64,000 nt of DNA from Acutalibacteraceae bacterium (GTDB taxonomy: Bacteria > Bacillota > Clostridia > Lachnospirales > Lachnospiraceae), in assembly GCA_963586665.1 (NCBI GenBank), contig CAVABC010000005.1:1781-65780 (forward strand), given 5' to 3'. The number at the start of each line of letters is the position of its first letter. Position 1 is the first letter of the stretch. A model generated the notes under the pieces. The model was not told where the DNA came from and made no database searches. It was given only the letters and a program-made list of their open reading frames with translations. Both the position numbers and the translations under genes were made by a program. Of this stretch, positions 30,424-40,989 are shown one piece after another.

Positions 30424-30736
30424 TTTTCTATCTCCTGTTATCCTAATTGATTATTTTTGTCACTTTCTCAAAAAGTTACTACGCTTATTAATTATAAACA
30501 CTAATTTAGTAAAGTAAAGTGAAAGTGTGAATTATTTTTCAAGTACAAGATGAACACTTTTCATCCTAGGCGAAATATATTGCCGAAATCCACTTCCGCA
30601 CAAGCTGATCATATGCACTGCTGAGGCTGTTGTATGTAAATTCTCTGTATGCAAAAAAGACGTTATCCTCATTACTCAGACAACGCCTTATAACATCAAA
30701 GCTCTCAATCAAAAAGTCATTACTACGAACCGTCTC

Positions 30737-31381
30737 TTAATCACGCGATTCCACAATGATAAAAGTCCCCTTGTGTATGTCTATCACAGCTTCATCATCT
30801 GTTATCTCGTTTGAAATGCCAAGCGATGTGTATTTGTCAAAAACATGATGATCCAGTGTATACTTAAAACCTGTAAGACTGACTTCATTGTCTGTCGAAA
30901 CCGGAATAAGTGAAATATACTTTCCGTACTGTTTATTCTTTTTCAGAGTGACCGGTCTGTCTATCATGCGTATCCTGTTATTCGGATCAAGAATCTCTAT
31001 CGAAACATCATTTTTTAGCCCCACGCCAAGCAGTGATATGTTTCCAAGCACATGATCTAGCCTGCTGCCTGTGGCCCCTATCATAACTATGTTTCTTGTG
31101 CCTCTTTCCATGGCAGTCCTGATCGCAAATTCCGTGTCGGTATCATCCTTTACCGGATTAAGCGTATGTATCTCGCTCTGTCCTTTTTCCACAAAATACT
31201 CGAGTGCTTTTGTCTTTGTGGAATCAAAATCTCCCACGATTATATCCGGTGTTATGCCGTTCTGATACAGAAAATCCATGCCGCAGTCGGCAGCTATGAT
31301 TGCATCTATTCCTGATTTTTTTATAACCTCACATGCAAATTCCTGTTCTATATTTCCACCGCAAACTATTAAATATTTCAT
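30737..31381 (-). CDS. thiN: Thiamine pyrophosphokinase
   Basis: AADCG, VGDFDS, KDDTD, GSRLDH, GISNE. Confidence 0.92.
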   Translation of the reverse strand: MKYLIVCGGNIEQEFACEVIKKSGIDAIIAADCGMDFLYQNGITPDIIVGDFDSTKTKALEYFVEKGQSEIHTLNPVKDDTDTEFAIRTAMERGTRNIVMIGATGSRLDHVLGNISLLGVGLKNDVSIEILDPNNRIRMIDRPVTLKKNKQYGKYISLIPVSTDNEVSLTGFKYTLDHHVFDKYTSLGISNEITDDEAVIDIHKGTFIIVESRD

Positions 31382-31453
31382 ATATTCCCGTTCTTTCTCC
31401 TTATAACATTAACTGCACTGTTTAAAATAGTTTATTGCAATTTGATCAATATA

Positions 31454-32107
31454 TTACGAATTTAAAATGTTTAAAAAGCTCTGCACATTCTCATCGATAT
31501 CTCCGTTAAATACAGCACTTCCTGCCACGATTATATTGGCTCCGGCATCCATGAGTGTTGCCACGTTTTCAAGGTTTACGCCACCATCCACCTCGATATC
31601 GGCTTTGTTATTTGTCTTTTCGAGAAGTTTTTTAAGGTCGCGCACCTTATCCACCGTATATGGGATAAGCTTTTGTCCGCCAAAACCCGGATTTACAGTC
31701 ATGATAAGCACCATGTCCACTTTTCCGAGCACATACTCTATGGTTGAAAGAGGTGTTGCAGGGTTGAGTGCCACTCCTGCGAGCAGTCCCTTTTCCTTTA
31801 TCGCATCTATTGTGCGGTCGAGGTGTTTACAAGCCTCCGCATGTACTGTTATGATATCGGCTCCCACTGCCGCAAATTCATCAATGTATCTGACAGGCTC
31901 CTCTATCATAAGATGAACATCAAACATCCTGTCTGTGCACTTTCTGATAGTCTTTATGACCGGCAGCCCTATTGATATACTAGGCACAAAGCTGCCGTCC
32001 ATTACATCTATATGCACATACTGTGCGCCAGCCTCGTCAAGCTGCTCAAGCTGTTCTCCGAGTCTCGAATAATCTGCTGATAATATTGATGGTGATAAAC
32101 AGTTCAT
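31454..32107 (-). CDS. rpe: Ribulose-phosphate 3-epimerase
   Basis: SPSILSAD, HIDVMDG, DVHLM, MTVNPGFGGQ, VDGG. Confidence 0.96.
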   Translation of the reverse strand: MNCLSPSILSADYSRLGEQLEQLDEAGAQYVHIDVMDGSFVPSISIGLPVIKTIRKCTDRMFDVHLMIEEPVRYIDEFAAVGADIITVHAEACKHLDRTIDAIKEKGLLAGVALNPATPLSTIEYVLGKVDMVLIMTVNPGFGGQKLIPYTVDKVRDLKKLLEKTNNKADIEVDGGVNLENVATLMDAGANIIVAGSAVFNGDIDENVQSFLNILNS

Positions 32108-32137
32108 ATATTCCTCCTGATTTTGTATGTAATTTTT

Positions 32138-33016
32138 CTAATAACGCTGCCTATTTTTCAGTTCTTCGTAAAGCAGCTTGTAATTGTCATATCTTACCTG
32201 TGAGATCTCACCGCGCTCTAACGCATCCTTTACACCGCAGTCAGGCTCATTGATATGACTGCATCCCTGAAACCTGCAATATGGCTCATGCTCCACAAAC
32301 TCCGGATAGCATGTCCACAGATCTTCCTTTTCAAAACCCGGTACATCCATTGAGCTGAATCCCGGTGTATCCATGATATACGTGCCATCTGTGATAGGGA
32401 TTATCTCAGAATGTCTTGTCGTATGCTTTCCGCGCTCGATTTTTCTGCTGATATGTCCTGTCTCCATCTGTATCTCATCCTGAAGACAATTTATGATGGA
32501 TGATTTTCCAACACCGGAAGGCCCTGCTACGGTAGTGGTTTTCCCTTCGAGTATATGCCTTACCGTATCAATCCCCTCACCGGTTTTGGTGCTTGTAAAT
32601 ATCACCTGATATCCAGCTGGCTCGTAGATAGCTCTAAGCTCGTCCTGCTTTTCTTCCGTGATCAGATCCATCTTGTTAAAGCATATGGTTACCGGAACTT
32701 TCTGATATTCCATCATACACAAAAACCTATCAAGCAGGTTAAAATTCGGGTCCGGCTTTGCAGACGCAAAAATAACCAGAGCCATGTCAATATTTGACAC
32801 GGCCGGCCTGATAAGTTCATTCTTTCTTGGCAGGATATCCTCGACATTGCCGAGCTTGTTTTCCTCGTCAAGCACGGCTATGTCAACCATATCTCCTACC
32901 AGTGGTTTTATTTTCTGTTTTCGGAAGGCTCCTTTTGCCTTACATTCATAGAGACCGGCTCCTTCTGCGTAGACGTAGTAGAAGCCGGAAATTCCTTTTA
33001 TTATTTTTCCTGTCAT
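32138..33016 (-). CDS. rsgA: Ribosome small-subunit-dependent GTPase A
   Basis: Permuted GTPase NKMD, GPSGVGKSS, GKHTT, DTPG and CxFxxCxHxxEPxC; start taken as ATG 33016. Confidence 0.95.
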   Translation of the reverse strand: MTGKIIKGISGFYYVYAEGAGLYECKAKGAFRKQKIKPLVGDMVDIAVLDEENKLGNVEDILPRKNELIRPAVSNIDMALVIFASAKPDPNFNLLDRFLCMMEYQKVPVTICFNKMDLITEEKQDELRAIYEPAGYQVIFTSTKTGEGIDTVRHILEGKTTTVAGPSGVGKSSIINCLQDEIQMETGHISRKIERGKHTTRHSEIIPITDGTYIMDTPGFSSMDVPGFEKEDLWTCYPEFVEHEPYCRFQGCSHINEPDCGVKDALERGEISQVRYDNYKLLYEELKNRQRY

Positions 33017-33052
33017 AAGGGTTCCTTGGATTTCTTGAATTTCTTGAATTCG

Positions 33053-33269
33053 CAAACTTCGCAGTTAAGCTGTGTAGCACCGGCCTAGCACACGATATGT
33101 TCCTCATGCGAAATATGAAGTCAGCCACGGTATTGAATCGGGATAGGGTAAATATTGGATTTACTTTTTCTCCATTTCGTTAATTTATGGAACTCCGTGG
33201 CAGTTCATATTTCTCTTCGGAACACATCATGTACTCTCCGGTGCATCCAGGTTATCGAGGCGAAGTTTG
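33053..33269. repeat. ~217-bp foldback element inserted between stk and rsgA
   Basis: Nested arms CAAACTTCGC/GCGAAGTTTG, GCACCGG/CCGGTGC, TGTTCC/GGAACA, GAAATATGAA/TTCATATTTC, GCCACGG/CCGTGGC. Confidence 0.8.
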
Positions 33270-33296
33270 AGTTATTAAGTTCTAATTAAAACTTGT

Positions 33297-35465
33297 TTAT
33301 GGTGCAGTAAAAGACTGTGTTACACTTCCACTAGTTTCTCCACCACTAGTGCCATCCTCATTTATCTTTTCTCCAACATAATTCCATGTCACCGTTATAG
33401 TTCCGGATGAACAATTCATAGTCGCAGATATTGAAACACTCTCAGATGATACCTGATTACCACTATCATATGTTGTTCCATCTGAACCAACCAAACTGTA
33501 ACTTCCACCTACAATCTGAATATTCTGTACATCACTAGGTATTTTTGACTTATCCAATGATACTGTCTTTTTGACAGATGTTGTTGTCACCTGCTTACCC
33601 TTGCTGAGTGTAAGTGTTATGGTTGTACCGGCTGATACTGTCTCGCCTGATCTTGTCTGGCTGATTACTGAGCCTTCCGGTACTGAATCGCTGTACTGTG
33701 AGTCTGCATATGTGTATTTCAGTCCTGCATTTGATAATGCACTCTCTGCCTGTGATTTTGAGTAACCTACTACGTTTGGTACTGTTATAGGTTTCTGTCC
33801 CGGTGAAAGTGTTACTGTGACTGTGCTACCTTTTGCTGCCTGTGCTTTTCCTGCCGGTGTCTGTGCTGTTACTACATCTGCTGCTACGCTGTCATTGTAA
33901 TCGCCATATGTGAATGATACCTTAAATCCTGCTGACTCGAGTGTGCTCTGTGCTGAGCTTTTTGTCTTACCTACTACGCTTGGTACTTTGACCATTTCTG
34001 ATGTGCTGTCACTCTCTCCTGCAATAACAACATTGATCTGCGTTCCACGTTTTACCGTATCTCCCGCACTGACATCCTGCTCAAGAATTGTTCCGTCTTT
34101 CTCTGAGGACTGTTTTGTCTCGAATGCAAATACTGTAAGGTCAAGGTTGAGGCGATCTACTGCTTTCTGGGCATCGTCTACTGACATTCCTCTGATGTCG
34201 ATCATCTGTCCCTCTTCCTCTGTTGCTGTCTCACTCTCTGACTCTGTCTGTGTTTCAGTCTGTGTCTCTGTCTGCTGTGACTCTGAGTTTTTCTTGCTGC
34301 CGAAACGAAGCACTCCTGTTACTGAAAGTGCAAGGTAGATGATAACTATTACTATGATAACAGCTGTTACGATTCCCATGATGGTGATTGCCTTATCCAT
34401 CTTAGGATTTAAAAGCTTGCCGTCATCCTCATCGTCATCCTCATCCTCGTCATAATCATCATCGTATTCATCATCCGCAAGAAGTGACTCATCGATCTCG
34501 TCATTGTCATTGTCATCGTCTTCTTCCTGATCGTCGAGATCCTGAGCTACACCTCTGCCCTCTTTTATCTTGTCTAACTCATCCTGGCTGATAACTTTTG
34601 TCTTACCATTGTCCACAAGCGGAGCGATAACAACAAAATCCTCATCCGGATGCGCAAGTGAACGTCTGATATCAGAAAGAAGCTCCTCTATTGTCTGGTA
34701 TCTTCTGTCCGGTGTTTTCTGTGTGCATTTGAGGATGATCTTCTCAAAGCTTATCGGAAGATCAGGTGCATAAATACTTGGCTTTGCGATATCCTCCTGT
34801 AAATGCTGTAATGCTACGGCAACCGTTGTATCTCCGTCAAACGGTACACGTCCTGTTACCATCTCAAACATAACGATACCGAGTGAATAAATGTCACTTC
34901 TGCCATCTACAAATCCATTTCTTGCCTGCTCAGGTGATGCATAATGTACTGATCCCATAACATCAGAGCTTATAGTATTTGAAGATGTAGCCTTTGCGAT
35001 ACCAAAGTCTGTCACCTTTACCTTGCCCTCAGATGAAATCATGATATTCTGTGGCTTGATATCACGGTGAATAATGTTTTTATTGTGAGCAGCTTCTATT
35101 CCTCTTGCTACCTGAATGGCAATGCTTGCTGACTCTTTAAAAGAGAGCTGTCCTTTTTTCTCGATATATGTCTTTAAGGTAATGCCCTCGATATATTCCA
35201 TTACTATATAGTACTGCCCGTTTTCACTGCCAACATCATATATATTTACGATATTCGGATGTTCAAGCACTGCTGCCGACTGCGCCTCTGCACGGAACTT
35301 CGTGACAAAAGAACTGTCCTCTGAAAATTCCTGCTTTAAAACTTTTATCGCTACAAAACGGCTTAAGATGTGATCCTTTGCCTTGTAGACATCAGACATT
35401 CCGCCTGCACCGACTTTACTGAGTATCTCATATCTATCCGATAAATAACTTCCTACATCTAACAT
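33297..35465 (-). CDS. pknB: PASTA-domain Ser/Thr kinase (Stk1/PrkC/PknB)
   Basis: GAGGMS, HRDIKPQN, DFGIA, SPEQ; TM helix; three PASTA repeats. Confidence 0.95.
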   Translation of the reverse strand: MLDVGSYLSDRYEILSKVGAGGMSDVYKAKDHILSRFVAIKVLKQEFSEDSSFVTKFRAEAQSAAVLEHPNIVNIYDVGSENGQYYIVMEYIEGITLKTYIEKKGQLSFKESASIAIQVARGIEAAHNKNIIHRDIKPQNIMISSEGKVKVTDFGIAKATSSNTISSDVMGSVHYASPEQARNGFVDGRSDIYSLGIVMFEMVTGRVPFDGDTTVAVALQHLQEDIAKPSIYAPDLPISFEKIILKCTQKTPDRRYQTIEELLSDIRRSLAHPDEDFVVIAPLVDNGKTKVISQDELDKIKEGRGVAQDLDDQEEDDDNDNDEIDESLLADDEYDDDYDEDEDDDEDDGKLLNPKMDKAITIMGIVTAVIIVIVIIYLALSVTGVLRFGSKKNSESQQTETQTETQTESESETATEEEGQMIDIRGMSVDDAQKAVDRLNLDLTVFAFETKQSSEKDGTILEQDVSAGDTVKRGTQINVVIAGESDSTSEMVKVPSVVGKTKSSAQSTLESAGFKVSFTYGDYNDSVAADVVTAQTPAGKAQAAKGSTVTVTLSPGQKPITVPNVVGYSKSQAESALSNAGLKYTYADSQYSDSVPEGSVISQTRSGETVSAGTTITLTLSKGKQVTTTSVKKTVSLDKSKIPSDVQNIQIVGGSYSLVGSDGTTYDSGNQVSSESVSISATMNCSSGTITVTWNYVGEKINEDGTSGGETSGSVTQSFTAP

Positions 35466-35479
35466 TCTCTTACCTCGTC

Positions 35480-36208
35480 TTAAAATGGTTTAATAATCAT
35501 AACTGTGATGTTGTCACGGCCTCCGTTTGCATTTGCCATTCTGACAAGCTGCATGGCTGCCTCTTCGATATTCTCATTTTTCCTGAGAGTATCCTGAATT
35601 TCTTCATCCCTTACCATATTGGTAAGTCCATCTGTGCACAAAAGTATTGTGTCATCATTTGCTAACTCTACTTCAAAAAAATCAGCCTCCACATGCTCAG
35701 ACGTACCCACAGCTCTTGTGATGATATTTTTGTCTGGGTGTACCCTCGCCTCATCAGCGTTGATCTCGCCCATGCGTACCATCTCATCCACCAGTGAGTG
35801 ATCCCTGGTGATCTGCCGTATCTGATCTGATGCGCCTGCAATGTAAAGCCTGCTGTCCCCAATATTTGCGACAAAAAGCTTATTTCCTATGATAGTGCCG
35901 ACAACAAGAGTGGTACCCATACCTCTCTTTGCCTCGTCCTCGCGTGAGTCTGCAAGCAAAAGCTCATTGGCTTTGTTGATAGCCTCCTTGATAACAGAGA
36001 CCGGCTCATCCCCACTATTTCTGGATACTGATGCAACGACACGCTCTATAGTGTATCTTGATGCATAGTCCCCCGCTTTATGTCCTCCCATTCCATCGGC
36101 TACGATGAAAAGATTCGGAAGATTTCCTACTGCAGTATCTGACGAGAAATAATAATCCTGATTCATCTCACGAATGATACCTGCATCCGTAATGGAAAAC
36201 GTCTTCAT
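35480..36208 (-). CDS. stp: PP2C-type Ser/Thr phosphatase (Stp1/PrpC)
   Basis: NQD, ADGMGGH, GDSR, TDGL, GGRDNIT. Confidence 0.93.
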   Translation of the reverse strand: MKTFSITDAGIIREMNQDYYFSSDTAVGNLPNLFIVADGMGGHKAGDYASRYTIERVVASVSRNSGDEPVSVIKEAINKANELLLADSREDEAKRGMGTTLVVGTIIGNKLFVANIGDSRLYIAGASDQIRQITRDHSLVDEMVRMGEINADEARVHPDKNIITRAVGTSEHVEADFFEVELANDDTILLCTDGLTNMVRDEEIQDTLRKNENIEEAAMQLVRMANANGGRDNITVMIIKPF

Positions 36209-37270
36209 CTAGTCTATTCCTCTCTCTTTATCTATATGCTTCTTGCGAAGCTGTCCACAGGCACCGTCTATATCTCTGCCCATTTCTCTTCTAATAGTAA
36301 CATTTATTCCATTTTTTTCAAGTTTATTTTTAAATGCCTCTATAACTCCTGCATTGGATTGCACGTAACTGCGCTCTTTTATAGGGTTTACCGGGATAAG
36401 ATTTATATGGCAATTCATGCCCTTTACGAGTGCTGAAAGCTCTGCTGCATCCTCACTCGTATCATTTACTCCACCTACTAAGCTGTACTCAAAAGTAACT
36501 CTTCTTCCGGTCTTTGAAAAATAATATTTGCAGGCATCCACTACTTCATGGATATCGTAGCTGTTTGCCACCGGCATGAGTTCTTTACGCTTGTTCTGAT
36601 TTGAAGCATGCAGTGAAAGTGCAAGCGTGATGGAAAGCTTTTCATCTGCAAGCTGCTTCATGCGCGGCACAAGTCCACAGGTGGAAACCGTAAGGTTTCT
36701 CTGGCTTATATTGATACCGTTTTCATCGGTAAGCAGTTCTATAAACCGAAGCAGATTATCGTAGTTGTCAAGCGGTTCTCCTGTTCCCATGACCACCACG
36801 TTTGATATTCTCTCACCTATATCTTTTCCGATCTGATAGATCTGGTCTATCATCTCTGCCGGTCTTAGTCCTCTTACAAGACCGTCAAGCGTGGACGCGC
36901 AAAATCTGCATCCCATCCTGCATCCGACCTGTGAGGAAATGCACACTGAGTTGCCGTGCTTATATTTCATCAGGACACTCTCTATGACATTTCCATCCTC
37001 TAGTGCAAAAAGGTATTTTCTCGTGTCATCTATTTTTGAAATCTGCACCTCTTCCTTTTGCAGAGTAATAAGTCTGGCATTTTCTTTCAATGTCTGTATG
37101 AACTTTTTTGAGATGTTTGTCATCTCATCAAATGATTGTACATGTTTTACATGTATCCACTCATATATCTGCTTTGCCCTGAATTTTTTCTCGCCAAGCG
37201 AGATTATGTATTCTGTCAGCTCAGACATATTCATGGACTTAATATCTGTTAATTTATTGTTTTCTTCCAT
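36209..37270 (-). CDS. rlmN: 23S rRNA m2A2503 methyltransferase
   Basis: SSQVGCRMGCRFC, MGTGEPL, ACGQL. Confidence 0.95.
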   Translation of the reverse strand: MEENNKLTDIKSMNMSELTEYIISLGEKKFRAKQIYEWIHVKHVQSFDEMTNISKKFIQTLKENARLITLQKEEVQISKIDDTRKYLFALEDGNVIESVLMKYKHGNSVCISSQVGCRMGCRFCASTLDGLVRGLRPAEMIDQIYQIGKDIGERISNVVVMGTGEPLDNYDNLLRFIELLTDENGINISQRNLTVSTCGLVPRMKQLADEKLSITLALSLHASNQNKRKELMPVANSYDIHEVVDACKYYFSKTGRRVTFEYSLVGGVNDTSEDAAELSALVKGMNCHINLIPVNPIKERSYVQSNAGVIEAFKNKLEKNGINVTIRREMGRDIDGACGQLRKKHIDKERGID

Positions 37271-37292
37271 ATTTTAATCCAACTATATCGTT

Positions 37293-38630
37293 TCAGCTTG
37301 CACTTCGTATCAGACGGGCAATAAAAAATCCATCATTTCCATGCTCTCCCGGCAGCATCTGTTCCATGCCCTTTCCATCGAAAAAGCTCTTGTCAAGCGT
37401 GTACTGCGGGTATTTTTCAAGAAACCACTGCACGTTTTTCTCATTTTCTTCCTCGTCTATCGTACAGGTGCTGTATACAAGCACACCGCCCGGCTTTACG
37501 TATGTATGTACGGTATCAAGTATCTGACGCTGTATGGCTGCAAGATCATCAAGTCCTTCAGGACTCATCTTGTAACGGATGTCCTTCTTTCGTCCAAGCA
37601 CTCCAAGTCCCGAACACGGCAGATCACAGATAACTATATCCGCAGATTCTTTTGAAGCCTCGTCATACTCCGTGGCATCAAAGACCTCCGCCGACATGTT
37701 GGTAAGTCCGTGTCTTTCGATGTTCTCCTCTATCATATCAACCTTGTAATCTGTAAGATCACGCGCCACAACATGACCTGTACCCTTAAGCTTTTCTGCT
37801 ATGTGAGTACTCTTTCCACCCGGAGCCGCGCATACATCTATGACATGATCTCCCGGCTTTGGAGCTGCGGTCTCTGCGACCATCATGGAGCTTACATCCT
37901 GCACATAAAAAAGTCCCTCGTTAAAGCTGTCTAAGCCGCTTAAGTGGTCAAAATCCGATATCATAAACGCATAATCAAGCTCCGAAACCTCCGTCACGGT
38001 CACACCCTCAGCCGTAAGTCTTTCTTTTAACTTCTCAGGAGTGCAGGCTGACAGATTTGTCCTTATCGATATGGTGCTCTTTGTCTGGAAATTTTTAAAT
38101 ATCTCCTCTGCCTTTTTATCACCATATGACGATACAAACCGGTCAACGATCCACTGTGGCATAGAATAGCGCACGCTTAAATCAGTAAACTCTATAGTGT
38201 CAATATTTCTTGCGATATTTCTGAGCACTCCGTTTACAAAGCCCGAAAGCTGTCCAAATTTGTGACGCTTTGCTATCTTTACCGCCTCATTGCACACTGC
38301 CGAATCAGGCACTGAGTCCATATACTTTATCTGATATACACTCATGCGGAGCAGGTTTCTGATAAGTGGCTTCATCTTACGCACTTTTGTCTTTGAAAAC
38401 TGATCTATAATGTAGTCAAGCTGCAACATATACTCTATTGTGCCGTCTACCAGACGTGTCATAAAGGCACGATCCTGCTTTGACAGATACTGGTATTTGT
38501 CCAGCACACTGCGAAGCACTATATGTGAGAACTGACCTCTCTCGTTGATCTCAAGCAGCATCTCAAGTGCCAGCTCTCTTGTGTCTGTATTTGAATTTTT
38601 ATTTGCACTGTTATTTGTGTTATTACCCAT
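37293..38630 (-). CDS. rsmB: 16S rRNA m5C967 methyltransferase
   Basis: NusB-like N-terminus, DVCAAPGGK, DLPCSGLG, YSTCT, DGFFIA. Confidence 0.95.
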   Translation of the reverse strand: MGNNTNNSANKNSNTDTRELALEMLLEINERGQFSHIVLRSVLDKYQYLSKQDRAFMTRLVDGTIEYMLQLDYIIDQFSKTKVRKMKPLIRNLLRMSVYQIKYMDSVPDSAVCNEAVKIAKRHKFGQLSGFVNGVLRNIARNIDTIEFTDLSVRYSMPQWIVDRFVSSYGDKKAEEIFKNFQTKSTISIRTNLSACTPEKLKERLTAEGVTVTEVSELDYAFMISDFDHLSGLDSFNEGLFYVQDVSSMMVAETAAPKPGDHVIDVCAAPGGKSTHIAEKLKGTGHVVARDLTDYKVDMIEENIERHGLTNMSAEVFDATEYDEASKESADIVICDLPCSGLGVLGRKKDIRYKMSPEGLDDLAAIQRQILDTVHTYVKPGGVLVYSTCTIDEEENEKNVQWFLEKYPQYTLDKSFFDGKGMEQMLPGEHGNDGFFIARLIRSAS

Positions 38631-38717
38631 TATTTTTCATCATCTATGCTCAAATTCCACGCACAGTTGCTTTCTTAGTTTTTCCAGAATTTACTCTCAT
38701 ATGGAGTAAAAGTCAAT

Positions 38718-39425
38718 TTAATCATCACGTCTTCTGCCGTTTGTCAGAAGTATTATACGAAGGAGCTGTAAAACAGCCGCTGCTGCACTCGCCACATAGG
38801 TAAGTGCTGCCGATTTTAACACTTTTCTCGTGTTTTTAAGCTCGTCATCGCCAAGTATGTGCTGTGTGCGGAGCATCACAAGTGCGCGCCTTGAAGCATC
38901 AAACTCTACCGGCAGTGTCACAAGCTGAAACAGCACGGCTGCCGAAAACAGCAGTATGCCTATATCTATGATAAGCACAGACGAACGGCTGTTTATGAAA
39001 AGTCCGATAAGTATGAGCGGCCATGCAAGCATTGAGCCGAAATTGGCAACAGGCACAAGAGCACTTCTGATTGAAAGCGGTGCATAGTTTTTGGCATGCT
39101 GTATCGCATGTCCACACTCATGTGCCGCTACGCCCAATGCTGCAACAGATGTGGAATTGTATACAGGATCTGAGAGATTGACTGTCTTGGTTCTTGGATC
39201 ATAGTGATCTGTCAGATTGCCGGATACATGACGTATCTGCACATCATATATGCCGGCTGCCTGAAGCACTCTCTGTGCCACCTGCACACCGTTCATGCCG
39301 GACATGCTCCTGTACTGTGAGTATTTAGCAAATGTGCTCTTTACCCTTGCGGATGCTATCATACAAATGATCGCACCTATAACAACAAATATATACGTTG
39401 GGTCCCAGTAATAATAATATCCCAT
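38718..39425 (-). CDS. Membrane zinc metallopeptidase (YugP-like)
   Basis: LTDHYDP, AHECGHA, TLPVEFDAS, AALTYVA. Confidence 0.9.
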   Translation of the reverse strand: MGYYYYWDPTYIFVVIGAIICMIASARVKSTFAKYSQYRSMSGMNGVQVAQRVLQAAGIYDVQIRHVSGNLTDHYDPRTKTVNLSDPVYNSTSVAALGVAAHECGHAIQHAKNYAPLSIRSALVPVANFGSMLAWPLILIGLFINSRSSVLIIDIGILLFSAAVLFQLVTLPVEFDASRRALVMLRTQHILGDDELKNTRKVLKSAALTYVASAAAAVLQLLRIILLTNGRRRDD

Positions 39426-39520
39426 ATATCACGACCTCCTTATGTCTGATGTAATATGCGCCTTGTCGAATGCATATATGCATTTCCCCGGCAATTACAT
39501 TTTCTCATAAACCGGATTCA

Positions 39521-40453
39521 TTACAGAGTGAAAAATGATCCCTCTTCTACCTGATATCCTCGCAGGAATGAGCCTGCATCCATACGCTTTTTGCCCTGAA
39601 GCTGTACTTCTAATAAAGATAATGCTCCATTTCCTGTCTGAACATACATATCGTTCTTTCCAATGTGGAAAATGCATCCCGGCTGGTAATCGTTTTCTCC
39701 CTCGATCACCCTGGCTTTCCATATCTTGAAAGTCTTGCCGTCAAGATGTGTGTATGCACTCGGCCATGGATTAAGACCACGTATAAGTCTCTCTATCTCG
39801 ACAGCAGATCTGCTCCAATCGATAAATCCCAGCTCTTTGTGGATCATAGCCGTATGTGTGGCTTCCTCGCTGTTCTGCGGTGTGTACTCGGCTGTGCCAT
39901 CCTCTATCATTTTCATAGTCTCGACACAAAGCTTTGCGCCCTCGCCCGCTAGTTTGTCAAAGAGGCTTCCACCTGTCTCCTCAGGATCGAGTCTTACTGT
40001 CTTTTTGGCGATCATATCACCTGTATCAACGCCCTCGTCCATTCTCATAGTCGTAACGCCTGTAAACTCGTCACCGTTTATAACAGCCCACTGGATAGGT
40101 GCCGCACCTCTGTATTTTGGCAGAAGTGACGCATGCACATTGATACAGCCGTAGCGCGGCATATCAAGTATGCTCTTTGAAAGTATCTGTCCGAATGCAA
40201 CAACTATCATAATATCGGCATTGAATTTCCTAAGATACTCAATATTTGCAGCCTCTCTTATTTTTACAGGCTGGAATACCTCTATTCCATGCTCTAAAGC
40301 GCACTCCTTTACCGGTGTGTACTGCATTGCCTTGCCGCGTCCCTTCGGCTTATCAGGCTGTGTAACGACAAGTGCCACCTCATGGCCTGCCTCTATTATC
40401 GCCTCAAGTGTTCCTACCGAAAAATCCGGTGTTCCCATAAATATTACTCTCAT
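39521..40453 (-). CDS. fmt: Methionyl-tRNA formyltransferase
   Basis: FMGTPDF, NVHASLLPKYRGAAPI. Confidence 0.97.
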   Translation of the reverse strand: MRVIFMGTPDFSVGTLEAIIEAGHEVALVVTQPDKPKGRGKAMQYTPVKECALEHGIEVFQPVKIREAANIEYLRKFNADIMIVVAFGQILSKSILDMPRYGCINVHASLLPKYRGAAPIQWAVINGDEFTGVTTMRMDEGVDTGDMIAKKTVRLDPEETGGSLFDKLAGEGAKLCVETMKMIEDGTAEYTPQNSEEATHTAMIHKELGFIDWSRSAVEIERLIRGLNPWPSAYTHLDGKTFKIWKARVIEGENDYQPGCIFHIGKNDMYVQTGNGALSLLEVQLQGKKRMDAGSFLRGYQVEEGSFFTL

Positions 40454-40479
40454 GTTTAAACCTCCTGTATGCCGCGTTT

Positions 40480-40953
40480 TTACTCAGCATCCTCATAAGT
40501 CACCTCATGCAGTGGTCCTTCAACCTTTTCCACATAGAGGTGTCCATCGAGATGATCAAGCTCATGGCAGATACATCTTGCAAGAAGCTCCTCGCCCTCG
40601 ATCTCATATTCCTGCATATCCTCATCCATGAAACGGGCTTTTACATAGTTTGGACGTGTAACCTGTCCTGCCTTTCCCGGAATAGAAAGACAGCCCTCGT
40701 CGCCTGTCTGCTCTCCGCTTGACTCGAGGATAACAGGATTTATCATAACAATCGGTCCCTCTCCCACATCAATTACAACGATCCTCTTAAGGATGCCTAC
40801 CTGTGGTGCTGCAAGACCTACTCCATTTGCCTCGTACATAGTCTCTAACATATCGTCAATAAGTGTCTGTATCTTTGGTGTTACCTCTGTAACCTCTCTG
40901 CATTCTTTTCCAAGTACCGGATCTCCCTCTACTCTTATAGTTCTAAGTGCCAT
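40480..40953 (-). CDS. def: Peptide deformylase
   Basis: GVGLAAPQ, EGCLS, HELDH; start ATG 40953 after AGGAGG. Confidence 0.96.
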   Translation of the reverse strand: MALRTIRVEGDPVLGKECREVTEVTPKIQTLIDDMLETMYEANGVGLAAPQVGILKRIVVIDVGEGPIVMINPVILESSGEQTGDEGCLSIPGKAGQVTRPNYVKARFMDEDMQEYEIEGEELLARCICHELDHLDGHLYVEKVEGPLHEVTYEDAE

Positions 40954-40989
40954 ATTTTCCTCCTTGATCATAAACTGATCATTCATTGT

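Noticed and set aside
30525..30542. Rex box upstream of the por operon
   Set aside because: Three mismatches to consensus in AT-rich DNA; not distinguishable from chance
32946..33128. Extended rsgA start at 33055 and a 60-aa overlapping ORF
   Set aside because: Derived from the foldback element and a 9-bp duplication; homology begins at MTGKIIKG
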